A stretch of DNA of 64,000 nt from Octopus sinensis (lineage: Eukaryota), in assembly GCF_006345805.1 (NCBI RefSeq), contig NC_043024.1, positions 11,284,001-11,348,000 on the forward strand, given 5' to 3'. A program made the position numbers and the translations under genes. Positions 21,074-33,789 of the stretch are shown here, piece by piece. Position 1 is the first letter of the stretch. Each line of letters starts with the position of its first letter. The notes under the pieces are model-generated. The model worked only from the letters and a program-made list of their open reading frames with translations, searched no databases and was not told the origin of the DNA.

Positions 21074-21356
21074 CTCCTTGTTGATGAATTTTCTCAAAAT
21101 GGCCAAATGCTTCTCCATCTGCTGCTGCATCTCTACAAAACTTTGCATTTCGAGTTTGATGAGGTTTTCATCTGGATAGAGACAGTACAGAGTAGTGACA
21201 TCTGCTGGTTCCACTCCTGGGCATGTACTGAGGACGTCACTTAACCTCTCAATCAGTTCATCTAGAGACTTATGGAAAGCTCCAGCTTGGCATCTCCTCC
21301 GGACAATATGGCAGTCTTCCCAGTAAGTGATTCTGGAGATTTGGTCCATGAGTAAC
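21074..21356 (-). CDS. DNHD1: Dynein heavy chain-like exon (C-terminal helical region)
   Basis: caccAG|GTTACT...AAGGAG|GTgagt, 283 nt, phase 2/0. RLLMDQISRITYWEDC...LIKLEMQSFVEMQQQMEKHLAILRKFINKE matches 'l.qE...fn.l...i...L..l'. Confidence 0.85.
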
Positions 21357-21427
21357 CTGGTGATGGAAAATAGGAAATAAATCAATGTTAACTGTGGAGC
21401 TTGAAGTAGATAAAGCTATAAATAATA

Positions 21428-21464
<37 letters not shown>

Positions 21465-21665
21465 TGTGTGTTTGTGTGTCTGTTTTTGTCCCCCCAACAT
21501 CGCTTGACAACCGATGTTATATATGTGTATATATATATATATATATTATATATATAATATATATATACATTCTTTATATATATATATATACATTATATAG
21601 ACGGCTTTTTTTATATATGTATATATATGTATATATATATACATACATATTATATATAGATATAT

Positions 21666-21711
<46 letters not shown>

Positions 21712-24490
21712 TATATATATAATATATTATATATATATATATATATACATATATCTATATATATATATACATATATTTATTTATATATATATATATATAC
21801 GGGCATTATTTCTTTCCATATATACATATCTACTATATATCTTATGGGCGGGTGGTTATGCGTAGAAGGGCAATCCCGCTGTAGAAACATTGCCAATTAG
21901 ACTGGAGCCTGGTGCAGCCTTTGGTTAACAGACCCCGGATCGTGGGGGGGAAAATGACATGATAGCATGGAGAACGGATTTGAACACGACGATGATGTGA
22001 TGCTGGACCATATAGTAAAGCAAAACTTTATTTTCTATTTAATATGAATACATATATAATGGGCTTCTTTCAGTTTCCATCTACCAAATAACTCAACAAG
22101 GTTTTGTTTGCGCCCGTATATTAGGAGACACTACCCCAGGGCCACGCAGTGGGACGGAACACAAACCATTGGGTCGAAACCTCTTACATGCCCCCAGGTG
22201 CGAAAAATGACAGGACTTATTTATCGAACCCGAAATTTTCGTGAAAGGCACCATTCGAGTACAGCCGAAAAACTTTGAACTTTTCGCAACGTGAGATGAA
22301 AAAATTGTTTTTAAAAATGTCAACTCAAAGCAGATAATGCTACCGAAAACTGTGTGTACAATATTGGATTAAAACATCTCTTGGATGTCATCATCATCGT
22401 CATCGTCGTTTAACGTCCGTTTTCCATGCTAGCATGCGTTGGACGGTTCGACCAGGGTCTGGGAAGCCAGGAGGCTGCACCAGGCTCCAATCTGTTCTGG
22501 CAGTGTTTCTACAGCTGGATGCCCTTCCTAACATCAACCACTTCATGAGTGTAGTGGGTGCTTTTTACGTGCCAGGAGAGGCTGGCAGCAGCCACGATCG
22601 GTTGGTGCTTTTTACATACCACCGGCACAGAAGCTAGTCAAGGCGGCGCTGGCATCGACCACGTTTGGATGGTGCTTTTTACGTGCCACCGGCACAGGTA
22701 TCACAACTACAATTCCATTTGATATTTATTTTGATGTTGATGTACTTGACTCAATAGGCCTCCTTAAGCACAGCAGGTCACCCTACGATCCAAGGTAAGC
22801 ACAGCAGGTCGTTTTGCAATCCAAGGTACTTTGGATGGGCTGGGGCTATGCGAAACTGGTGCAGAAAACAGCCATGAACTTACATTATTTGTCAGGTCTT
22901 TGCAAGCCCAAACTGGACACATGCCTGTGGGATTTGAAGCTACATCTCCTGTGAACATGAGAGATGTTCTACCATTATACCAAAGCAACACTTTGAATTA
23001 TCTCCATCTGGTTTAGGAGCTTTGTTCTTACCAGTATCGTATTTTATGTCATAAGAATTCAGAAACTTTGTGAGATATGAAATAAATTGCTATTAACAAT
23101 GAGACTCTAAGTTGATGAACCTATAAATGATGCTTTCAAATTTTAGCACAAGGCCAGCAATTTTTTGGAGGAGGGGTAAGTTGATTACATTGAGCCTAGT
23201 GTATACCAACAAATGCACAGGTGTAGCTGTGTGGTAAGAAGCTTGCTTCCAGCCACATAGTTCCAGATACAGTCCTACTGCATGGCATCTTGGGCAAGTC
23301 TTTTGTGTAGCCCCAGGCCAACCAAAGCCTTGGGAGTGGACTTGGCAGACGGAAACTGAAAGAATCCCATCGTGTGTATGTGTATATATATATGTGTGTG
23401 TGGGTGTGTATATCTGTGTCAGTGTTTGGTCCACACCATTGATTGACAACCGGTGTTGGTATGTTTACATCCTTATATGTGAGTTGTTTGGCAAAAGAGA
23501 CCAACAGAATAAGAACTAGGCTTAAAGAAAAAGTTAAAAAAATATGTACTGGGGTCGATTCATTTGACTGATAATTCTTCAAGGTGGTGCCCCAGCATGG
23601 CCACAGTTTAATGATAAAGAAGCAAAAGATAAAAGGTAAAGGAACTTGAAGTAGATAAAACTCCTCATAAGACCTCCTTTGGTCATGAAAGATCTTGGGA
23701 TGGCACCTAGAAAAACCTTGGGATTGCACCTAGAAAGTTCCCTTCCTAGGGTATAGAATATTAACTAAAAAAAAGTCCTTCGATGGGGAAAAATACTTGA
23801 CGTTTACCTCGGGGGATTGGGGCTCATGTCTTCTATAAACATGACAGATGTTCTACCATTATACCAAATCAATTTTCTGAAATTTCTTTATCTGTTTCAT
23901 AAGATTTGTTCTGACCAGTAAAAATTTATGTTGTCCGTGATATACCCTGAAGTCCATAACATACTACACTCGGAAGTCCAAATTTAATTTTCTAAAACAG
24001 GATAGTCATGGCTGGAATGACTTTTATCATAGTTCTACTTAATCACAGCTACCCTTGGACTAAATAACAACTATAGTATATCTTTAGTCTTTGATATTTC
24101 ACTTGTTGCAGTCATTGGAGTGTAGCCATGCTGGAGCACTGCCCCAGGAAGGGTTTCAGTCCACAAATCAATCCCACAACCTATCTATTTTGTTTTGAAG
24201 TTAGATATTTATTCTATCAGTCCCTATTGCCAAACTGCTATGTTACAGGAACATAAACAAACAAACACTGGTTGTCAAATGATGTTGGGTGTTGGTAACT
24301 ACAAAGACCACCCCCATATATGATGGGATTCTTTCAGTTTCTGTCAATCAAATCCACTCATAAGGCATTGGTCAGCGTGTGATGGGGTGGGGTGGGTCGG
24401 ACGCTACAGTAGAAAGAAACTTGCTCAAGGTATGACGAGGGCAGATTATGATAATGAAGGTGCATCAAAGACAATCACAATATGACCGAC

Positions 24491-24789
24491 CTGCTGAGAT
24501 GGCAAACCAAGTTGCCCCGCGCCGATGCTGGCATGCCAAAGAGCTGGCACACGACGTCCGTGATTCCGTTGCTGTTAGCAATGGTGTCTTGCAAGTAAGG
24601 GCTGTGAATGAATCGTCTGATGGAAGGAGTTTCAGCTACGAGGCCCTCAATGATAGCCTTGATCATTGCCGACACAAGTGAGGGCATCAACGAACTCTGA
24701 TACAACGGCACTTCGGTTTGGCTGTCAGATGTCGTCTCCATGAATATATCTATGCTTTCTTTGCTGGTCTCCTCCGGTTTCGGAACATG
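24491..24789 (-). CDS. DNHD1: Dynein heavy chain-like exon
   Basis: ctttAG|CATGTT...CAGCAG|GTcggt, 299 nt, phase 0/2. HVPKPEETSKESIDIFMETTS...VCQLFGMPASARGNLVCHLS contains the 'lfGl..nA'-like motif. Phases fit both neighbours. Confidence 0.8.
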
Positions 24790-24884
24790 CTAAAGCAGAC
24801 GGAAAAATAATATTTAAAATGGTGCAAGGAAATCAATCGGGAGAGGAAAGAAGGTTAAGTATTAGCAAACGGGTTGTAATTAAG

Positions 24885-25790
24885 TTAGTTAAGTTAAGTT
24901 AATTATTTGGCTCAAAAAGCAAAAAAGCAAGGCCATGTAGGGGGACATGGAGTTATGTACAGGGAGGGTGGTCATACAAAGAGTTCAGGCCATTTGTGGT
25001 CAAGAGAGACTTTGAATCGAGCGGTCGTCGGCATCTTCACTATCTCATCCGGCAGCTTATTCCACGGATCCGCAACCCAGACGGAGAAAGCCCCTCTCCT
25101 TCGATTGTAATTAATTTAGTTAAGTTCTGTTAATTTTTTGGCTCAAAAAGCAAAAAGCAAGGCCATGTAGGGGGACATGGAGTTATGTACAGGGTGGTGA
25201 TCATGCAAAGAGTTCAGGCCACTTGAGGTCAAGGGAGACTTTGAACAAAGCGGTCGTCAGCATCTTCACTATCTCGTCCGGCAGCTTGTTCCACGGATTC
25301 GCAACCCGGACGGAGAAAGCTCCTCTCCTTCGATTGAGATGAAATCTTCGCAGATTGAGCTTTTCGGAGTGACCCCCGCAGCCGATGCTCTGGAGCAGGA
25401 GTGAAGAACAGCTCTTTCGAGAGGTTACACTTTCCGCTTATGATGTTGTGAGCGAGAATGAGATCACCACGGTGGCGTCTAGGGGGACATGGAGTTATGT
25501 ACAGGGTGGTGTTCATGTAAAGAGTTCAGGCCACTTGAGGTCAAGGGAGACTTTGAACCGAGCGGTCATCGGCATCTTCACTATCTCGTCCGGCAGCTTA
25601 TTCCATGGATTCGCAACCCGGACGGAGAAAGCTCCTCTCCTTCGATTGAGATGAAATCGTCGCAGATAGGGCTTTTCGGAGTGACCCTGCAGCCGACGCT
25701 CTGGAGCAGGAGTGAAGAACAGCTCTTTCGAGAGATTACACTTTCCGCTTATGATGTTGTGAGCGAGAATGTGATCACCATGGCAGCAGC
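24885..25790 (-). mobile_element. CR1/L2-like LINE 3' ends, three tandem fragments
   Basis: RGD.ILAHNII...GH..K...RRGAFSVRVANPWNKLPDEIVKMP..ARFKVSLD is a CR1-type ORF2 C-terminus. The 3' UTR is repeated three times. Confidence 0.8.
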
Positions 25791-26567
25791 GTTTTTCTAG
25801 AGAATAAAACAAAACCTTGTCTAATTAATTGTTCGTTTATAAAAGAGACAAAGAAGACGACAGCATCTGGCTATCGGATCTGGACTTGAGTTGGTGGGAC
25901 CACTCCGACACACACACAGACATTCACATATGCATGTGTATGTGTGTGTTTAATGTAGCAGAGACATGGAGGAAACAGACTACAGTTCTTGGGTTACATG
26001 TTTCTGATTTTCAGAAATTGCATGTGTGTGTGGGTCTACATGTGTGCGAGTGTGTGTGTGTTTATATGTGTATGTATATGTGTGTGTGTGTATATTTGTG
26101 TATGTATATGTGTGTGTATATGTGTGTGTGCATGTGTGTGTATGTATACATATGTGTTTGTGTGCGTATGTGTACGTGTATGTGTATATATCATATATGT
26201 ATGTGTGTGTGTGTGTGTATATGTGTGCATATATCACGTGTGGGATCGATGCTAGATGTGTCGAAACAAATGTCGTGATTAATAAATTCTTTTATATTCC
26301 ATCTTTTCTCTTTCATTTGCCATATACATATATATATATAATATATATATGTGTGTGTATATATATATATCATCATTCATCATATATATATATTACATAA
26401 AAAGGCGTAGGAGTGGCTGTGTGGTAAGTAGCTTGCTTACGAACCACATGGTTCCAAGTTCAGTCCCACTGTGTGGCACCTTGGGCAAGTGTCTTCTACT
26501 ATAGCTTCAGGTGGACCAAAGCCTTGTGAGTGGATTTGGTAGATGGAAACTGAAAGAAGCCTGTCGT

Positions 26568-26617
<50 letters not shown>

Positions 26618-26679
26618 ATGTCTGTGTGTATATGTTTGTGTGTCTGTGTTTATCCCCCCAACATCGCTTTAAGGATATC

Positions 26680-26860
26680 ACAAAAAGCCAGGCTAGGGGC
26701 CCAACCTTCCGAGTTCTTTTACAGGGGTTAGAAAATCTGAATGACCCCTGCAATAAGTGTGTGTATCTGAGAGGGGAATATTTTGAATAAAACCATAATT
26801 AACTGATCCGCCTGTATTTTCTTTTATCCAGAGCCAGAAACTTTTCAGCACCTCCTTGTA
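26680..26860 (+). mobile_element. Tc1/mariner 3' end fragment
   Basis: Translates ...NKCVYLRGEYFE*, like the mariner C-terminal 'KCv...GeY.e', followed by a TIR-like aacttttcagcacctccttg-TA. Confidence 0.65.
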
Positions 26861-26984
26861 TATATTTATATTTATTCTGGGTTTTAATATGGAACAGCAG
26901 CTGGTAGTGAGACCCCAGCTTGGCCATTCTGCAGTCATAGGGGGCACTGAGTCAACCCTTAACCACCATTATTCCCAGGTCTGT

Positions 26985-27580
26985 TCTTATTTCTTTATTG
27001 CCCACAAGGGGCTAAACATAGAGGGGACAAACAAGGACACACAAAAGGATTAAGTCGATTACATCGACCCCAGTGTGTAACTGGAACTTAATTTATCGCC
27101 CCCGAAAGGATGAAAAACAAAGTCGACCTCAGCGGAATTTGAACTCAGAATCTAACGGCAGACGAAATACCTATTTCTTTACTACCCACAAGGGGCTAAA
27201 TACAGAGGGGACACACAAGGACAGACAAATGGATCAAGTCAATTATATCGACCCCAGTGCGTAACTGGTACTTAATTTAATTGGCCCCGAAAGGATGAAA
27301 GGCAAAGTCGACCTCGACGGAATTTGAACTCAGAACGTAGTGGCAGACGAAATACCTATTTCTTTACTACCCACAAGGGGCTAAACACAGAGGGGACAAA
27401 CAATGACAGACAAGCGGATTAAGTCGATTACATCGACCCCAGTGCATAACTGGTACTTAATTTATCGACCTTGAAAGGATGAAAGGCGAAGTCGACCTCG
27501 GCGGAATTTGAACTCAGAATGTAGCGGCAGACGAAATACCGCTAAGCATTTCGCCCGGCGTGCTAACGTTTCTGCCAGCT
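26985..27580 (-). mobile_element. SINE family 2, with three tandem ~180-bp internal units
   Basis: tRNA-like head (gagctggcagaa..gttagca; gagttcaaattcc) and central gcctttcatcctttcggggtcgataaattaagtacca. Confidence 0.85.
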
Positions 27581-27688
27581 TCCCAGGTCTGTTCTGACCC
27601 AGAACTTTCCTCATCGGCTCAGCAAATAAATGATGGATGATGTCACGAGTTGCTCCAAAGACAGAAAGGTTGTAAGTTCAATACTGAC

Positions 27689-28015
27689 CTGGTTAGTAAG
27701 GTAGAAAACGGTTAATATGTCCTTGATAACGGCCTGAATATGGTCCACTTCGTAGATGGTGGTACATTGACCTGCATAAGCCGAGCTAAACAATGCTGTC
27801 AGCTTGTTAATAATCGATATATTGCTCAACGGAAGGAATGGTTTGGCGAGGTCTACCATTGCTGCCATATCCAGCAGTGACCAGTGGACAGGAGGCGTTG
27901 GTCCAGGGAACTTCTTGGGAACGGCGCAGCATTGTTGTTGCAGGAGAATGGCATGAATGGTGGCAAAACCAGCAACATCAAAGGTATAAGTGGAAAATGG
28001 TGTCACATGGCTTTT
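27689..28015 (-). CDS. DNHD1: Dynein heavy chain-like exon (AAA6 lid)
   Basis: ttccAG|AAAAGC...AACCAG|GTcagt, 327 nt, phase 0/0. ...GFATIHAILLQQQ...VHWSLLDM...LFSSAYAGQCTTIYEVDHI... corresponds to 'fHAil.eR' and 'YGG.i'. Confidence 0.85.
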
Positions 28016-28034
28016 CTGGAAGACAAGACAACAG

Positions 28035-28042
28035 CAATAACA

Positions 28043-28076
<34 letters not shown>

Positions 28077-28150
28077 TAATAATAATGATGATATAATAAT
28101 AATAATAATAATGATAAAAAATAATAATGATAATAATAAAAAAAATAATG

Positions 28151-28184
<34 letters not shown>

Positions 28185-28271
28185 TAATAATGATAATAAA
28201 AAAATAATAATGATAATAATAAAAAAATAATAATGATAATAATAAAAAAATAATAATGATGATAATAAAAA

Positions 28272-28303
<32 letters not shown>

Positions 28304-28333
28304 TAAAATAATGATAATAATAAAAAAATAATG

Positions 28334-28372
<39 letters not shown>

Positions 28373-28475
28373 TAATAATGATAATAATAAAAAAAATAAT
28401 AATGATAATAATAATAATAATTAAAATAATAATGATAATAATAAAAAAAATAATAATGATAATAATAATAATAAT
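28035..28475. repeat. (TAA)n-rich microsatellite
   Basis: Direct inspection. Confidence 0.95.
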
Positions 28476-29188
28476 TGCAGCACAAAACCAAAAGCTCCCC
28501 ACCATACAATGAAAAGAAACCTCAGAAAATGTGGAGATGGACAAGAAACAATAAATCATATTATCTCTGGCTGCCCTGTCCTGGCTAAGAAGGAATATAT
28601 TCACAGACACGACAGAATTGGGACCTACATACACTGGAAGCTATGCCAACATTATGGAATAACAACAGAAAAAAGATGGTATAGGCACACACCAGAAAGG
28701 GTCAGAGAAAACGAGAAAGCAACCATACTCTGGGATATGCCGATACACACAGATAGAGAAATTAAGGCTAACAGACCAGATATAGTTGTCAGAGATCATG
28801 AAGAAAAAAAAATGCTTTCTAATTGATGTATCAATACCAGCAGATGACAATGTGTCTCTAAAAGAAATGGAGAAACTTTCAAAATACAAAGACCTGGAAA
28901 TAGAGGTAACTTAAATGTGGAATCTAAAAACAGAAACAATCCCTATCTTAGTGGGTGCATTAGGCATGATAAAAAAATATTCAGACAAATACATAACAAA
29001 AATACCAGGACTTAAAAATATATACAACATAGAGAAAATTGCACTACTGGGAACTGCACACATCCTACGCAAAATACTTTCAATACAGTAACCATCAGAG
29101 CATCACAGCAAACCACAGGATATACACAAGGCACAGAGAGCTGCACTCGGTAGTGAAGTGAAAGCACGTTATAAAAATAAAACTACTG
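28476..29188 (+). mobile_element. R4/Dong-like non-LTR retrotransposon 3' fragment (family X), decayed
   Basis: CCHC knuckle remnant RKCGDGQETINHIISGC, RHD, and the REL endonuclease motifs ILWD...NRPDIVV and (after a frameshift) IDVSIP...KYKDL...PILVGALG. One in-frame stop. Flanked by (TAA)n. Confidence 0.85.
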
Positions 29189-29207
29189 AATAATAATAAT
29201 AATAATA

Positions 29208-29252
<45 letters not shown>

Positions 29253-29269
29253 TAACAACAACAACAACA

Positions 29270-29509
29270 ATGGTAGTGGTCCTGGTACCAATAATTGTCA
29301 GAGCTCTGTGAACAGTGAGTAAAAATCTCCAGAAGTACAGGGAACAAATAGGGGCTGCAATAAGGGTGGAGCACTTGCAGAAAACAGCACTGCTTGGAAC
29401 CGCTCGAATACTCCGGAAAGTGCTCGGAAAATAAGGGGTTACTTTAGTTCATGGGTAGTGAACAGCTGGCAATGTAGTACATCTTCAGCTATAGAAGCTG
29501 TGCAAAGGC
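29270..29509 (+). mobile_element. R4/Dong-like family Y 3' end
   Basis: Matches 56890-57110 (..KTALLGTARILRKVL.*) and ends agaagctgtgcaaaggc followed by (AAT)n. Confidence 0.75.
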
Positions 29510-29550
<41 letters not shown>

Positions 29551-29732
29551 TCCTTTCTACTAAAGGCACAAGGCCTGGAATTTGGCAGGTGGGGGTGGGG
29601 AAGTTGATTACATTGACCTCACTGTTTCACTGTCACTTAATTTATCAATCTCAAAAGGATGAAAGGCAAAGTTGACCTCGATGTCACTAAGCATTTTGGC
29701 TGGCTTGCTAAGGATTCTGCTAGCTTGCTACA

Positions 29733-29776
<44 letters not shown>

Positions 29777-29858
29777 ACTACTGCTACTACTACTGCTGCT
29801 ACTACTACTACTACTACTACTGCTGCTGCTACTACTACTACTATTGCTGCTGTTGCTG

Positions 29859-29917
<59 letters not shown>

Positions 29918-29939
29918 ACTACTACAGCTGCTGCTGCTG

Positions 29940-30014
<75 letters not shown>

Positions 30015-30015
30015 T
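29733..30015. repeat. Compound (CTA)n/(CTG)n microsatellite
   Basis: Direct inspection. Confidence 0.95.
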
Positions 30016-30348
30016 ACTAATAATAATAATAATAATAATCCTTTCTAATATAAGCACAAAGCCTGAAATTTTGGGGGAGTGGGTAAGTCGATTACATCAT
30101 CCCCCAGTACTCAACTGGTACTTATTTTATCAGCCCTGAAAGGATGAAAGATAAAGTTGACCTCACCAGAATTTGAACCCAGAATCTAAAGACGGACAAG
30201 ATGCCGCTAAGCATTTTGCCTAGTGCTCTACCGATTCTGGCAGCTCACCGCCTTGTATATGGATACATATTGACTAGGGAATATGACAGGGTATATATCA
30301 GGTACAGATAGTTTAGATATACATACGGGCTAGATGGCATGACAGGGC

Positions 30349-31017
30349 ATGTGGAAGCACTCCGTCGGTTACGATGACGAGGGTTCCGGTTGATCCGATC
30401 AACGGAACAGCCTGCTCGTGAAATTAACGTGTAAGTGGCTGAGCACTCCACAGACACGTGTACCCTTAATGTAGTTCTCGGGGATATTCAGCGTGACACA
30501 GAGAGTGACAAGGCCGGCCCTTTGAAATACAGGTACAACAGAAACAGGAAGTAAGAGTGAGAGAAAGTTGTGGTGAAAGAGTACAGCAGGGATCACCACC
30601 ATCCCCTGTTGGAGCCTCGTGAAGCTTTAGGTGTTTTCGCTCAATATGGAAGCACTCTGTCGGTTACGACAACGAGGGTTCCGGTTGATCCGAATCAACG
30701 GAACAGCCTGCTCGTGAAATTAACATGTAAGTGGCTGAGCACTCCACAGACACGTGTACCCTTAACGTAGTTCTCGGGGATATTCAGCGTGACACAGAGA
30801 GTGACAAGGCCGGCCCCTTTGAAATACAGGTACAACAGAAACAGGAAGTAAGAGTGAGAGAAAGTTGTGGTGAAAGAGTACAGCAGGGATCACCACCATC
30901 CCCTGCCGGAGCCTCGTGGAGCTTTAGGTGTTTTCGCTCAATGAACACTCACAACGCCCGGTCTGGGAATCGAAACCGCGAGTCCGCTGCCCTAACCACT
31001 GGGCCATTGCGCCTCCA
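30349..31017 (-). mobile_element. tRNA-derived SINE family 4, tandem dimer
   Basis: Minus-strand head ggaggcgcaatggcccagtggttagggcagcggactcgcggtttcgattccc. A ~298-bp body is duplicated (30349-30646 and 30647-30940). Confidence 0.85.
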
Positions 31018-31071
31018 TATGACAGGGCATAGACAAGATGTGGTTCAAATTGAAATTAAAGTCCTACTTAC

Positions 31072-31208
31072 AGATTTATACAAGTTTCTCTGGTTATATT
31101 TGTGGTTCCGAAGCAGAAAGTTTACTGCCCTGTGGCATTTTGTGAGGATGGACAGGAAATTTGGAACCGTCTCACAAGACACCCTTATGCTGTTTTGAAG
31201 AAGCATGG
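31072..31208 (-). CDS. DNHD1: Dynein heavy chain-like exon
   Basis: ttccAG|CCATGC...AAATCT|GTaagt, 137 nt, phase 1/0. AMLLQNSIRVSCETVPNFLSILTKCHRAVNFLLRNHKYNQRNLYKS matches 'P..lLQ.s.k...E'. Confidence 0.85.
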
Positions 31209-31634
31209 CTGGAACAGAAATGAATATCAAATATTAGTGCACATTAACACTTTTTTGGGTTCCAAACATTTGATGATTAGTAGAGATTTTAGAAAATTAC
31301 TGTTCATAAATCTCACAACAAGAGATATACAGCAACAGTACTTTGGAGTAAAGATTGTTTGCCAACATAACATGGCAATCCTGATTTAGGACGAATGTTG
31401 CTGTAATTTAGCCCCAGGAGACATCGTCCCCAGCTGGCTATACGACACGATCTGTGTCCTTATATTTTCGAACAAGGAAATCTAGCACCCCCACTCAGCT
31501 CGAAATAATATCTGTGTATTGTGATTTACAAATAGTAATTTTCTAATTTATAGATCAGTGACTAGTTGTCACTTTGAAAACTATATATTTCAAACGGGAA
31601 TTTGGCAGCGCCACCTCTAGCTGAACAGTTATTC

Positions 31635-31675
31635 TGTGCTGATGAAGAGAAATAACCCAGAAATCACGATACATG
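31635..31675 (+). ncRNA. Degenerate minimal hammerhead motif
   Basis: UGUG-CUGAUGA-agagaaauaaccca-GAAA-UC-AC-GA-UA-CAUG. Stem II is weak. Confidence 0.4.
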
Positions 31676-32664
31676 TGTGTTAGGTACTGGTTGTCACAAA
31701 ATACTACAATATACATATACATTCTTTGATAATAAGAACATGTTTACAAGGGAAAATCTTGGGAAAATATAAAAAAAGTTTAACAAGTTCATTAAAATAT
31801 TGGGCACAAAAGATTACAATATATACATACATTCTTAAGAAAATGTTAAAGACATTTTCCAGAAAGAATTATTAAAAAGTTCAGAGGAATATTGGTATTG
31901 TATCTGTATATATATACACAGAATATTATAAGTTCAAAAAAGTTTACATTTTAGTAGAGGGTAGTTTTAACTGACCTGATTCACCATGTTATCGTAAAAG
32001 ACTCTCCATTTCTGTACATACTCTCCAACCAGTACCTAACACAACCAAACTTTTACATGTTACTTTTGACAATCTTTTTCTAAAAAAGTAAATAAACATC
32101 TCTTAAAATTGCATTTTCAAACCTTCTTTCATATATAATTCCAATTGTGCGGTACCTTACAACTCCACTTTGTTATATATATATATATCATCATCATCAT
32201 CATCATCATCGTTTAGCGTCCGCTTTCCATGCTAGCATGGGTTGGACGGTTCAACTGGGGTCTGGGAAGCCAGATGGCTGCACGAGGCTCCAATCTGATC
32301 TGGCAGAGTTTCTACAGCTGGATGCCCTTCCTAACGCCAACCACTCCATGTATGTAGTGGGTGCTTTTTACGTGCCACCGGCATGAGGTCAGTCAGGGCG
32401 GCTCTGGCAATGGCCATGTTCGGATGGTTCTCTTACGTACCACTGGCACTGGTATCACAGCTGCAATTTCCATTGATGTTGATCGATTTCGATATATATA
32501 TATGTATGTGTGTGTTTGCATACACACACACACAAACATGTATATATATTGCTACATGGGAAGCAGAATATCCACTTCACCATTCCCATTATTACCTTCA
32601 CTCTCCTCCATCACTGACTCAACTCAGGTGATTTAACACTGTAGCTAACGAACGATAAACTTAC

Positions 32665-32812
32665 CTGGAGGTACTTGGTGTCCCTGGTGGAGGGTGTAGG
32701 TGACCCACAGTCGAAAATTTTCCCCTCTATCCTCCTCACCACTCAGATAATCAGTCTGTAGTGGCGTCACTGTGGAATCTTCTTTTTGCTTTTTATACGT
32801 GGTCAGAATCAG
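32665..32812 (-). CDS. DNHD1: Dynein heavy chain-like exon (AAA6, FRLW motif)
   Basis: ttgcAG|CTGATT...CTCCAG|GTaagt, 148 nt, phase 0/1. LILTTYKKQKEDSTVTPLQTDYLSGEEDRGENFRLWVTYTLHQGHQVPP contains the dynein 'FRLWlT' motif. Confidence 0.9.
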
Positions 32813-33789
32813 CTGCAAAAATTAACCAGAAATGGGGATAGCGTTGGTTATAGGGTCAATATATTTGTGCTCCCTTTTCAATCCTAGCCAGGCTCATGGG
32901 CCCCACTTTCCTGGTTTCTATGGCGTATGTGTTCCCCCCAGCTGGACGGGACGCCAGTCCATCGCAACATTACCAAAGAAAAAGGAAGAAAGAATGAGAA
33001 AAAGTTGGGTTGAAAGAGTACAACAGGGGTCGCCACCACCCCCTGCCAGAGCCTCGTGGAGCTTTTAGGTGTTTTAGCTCAATAAACACACACAACGCTT
33101 GGTATGGGAATTGAAACTGCAATCCTGCGACAGCGAGTCCACTGCCCTAACCACTGATCCATTGCGTGTCCAAATGCGCCCTTTTAAAACCTAGCCAGGC
33201 TCATGGACCCGGTTTCTATGGCATATGTGTTCCCCCCAGCTGGACGGGATGCCAGGCCATCGCAGCGTTACCCAAGAAACAGGAAGAAAGAATGAGAGAA
33301 AGTTGGGGCGAAAGAGTACACAACGCCTGGTCTGGGAATCGAAACTGCGATCCTCCAACCGCGAGTCCGCTGCCCTAACCACTGGGCCATTGTGTCTCTA
33401 TAGGGTGAATATTAACAAATATGAACTTAGAGAGGGACTGCTTCCCTATTCAAGGGAGATTTGTTTTTCTGTCCAGATTAAATTTTACATCCCTTTGTGG
33501 ATCTGATGGCAGTCAATACAAGATCTGTGAAATGTTAACAAACATAGAGTGCAACGAGAGAACCTCTCCATGGGTGTTGCACTCACCACATCCAGGGTTG
33601 CCAGATCAGGTTACAAGCAATGGGGGATGCTAATTTTTATGCTCTTTTGTTTTACATTGGTGAATTATGGATTAGAAATTTTAAATTTTAGGCCTGGCTG
33701 TGTGGTAAGAAGTTTATTTCCTAACCACGTAGTTCTGGGTTCGGTCCCACTGTGTGGCAACTTGGGCTGACCAAAGCCTTGTGAGTGGC

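Noticed and set aside
22920-22990. tRNA-like sequence on the minus strand (tggtataatggt...ttcaaatccc), with a relative at about 23805-23870
   Set aside because: No complete cloverleaf. It is better explained as a decayed tRNA-derived repeat head.
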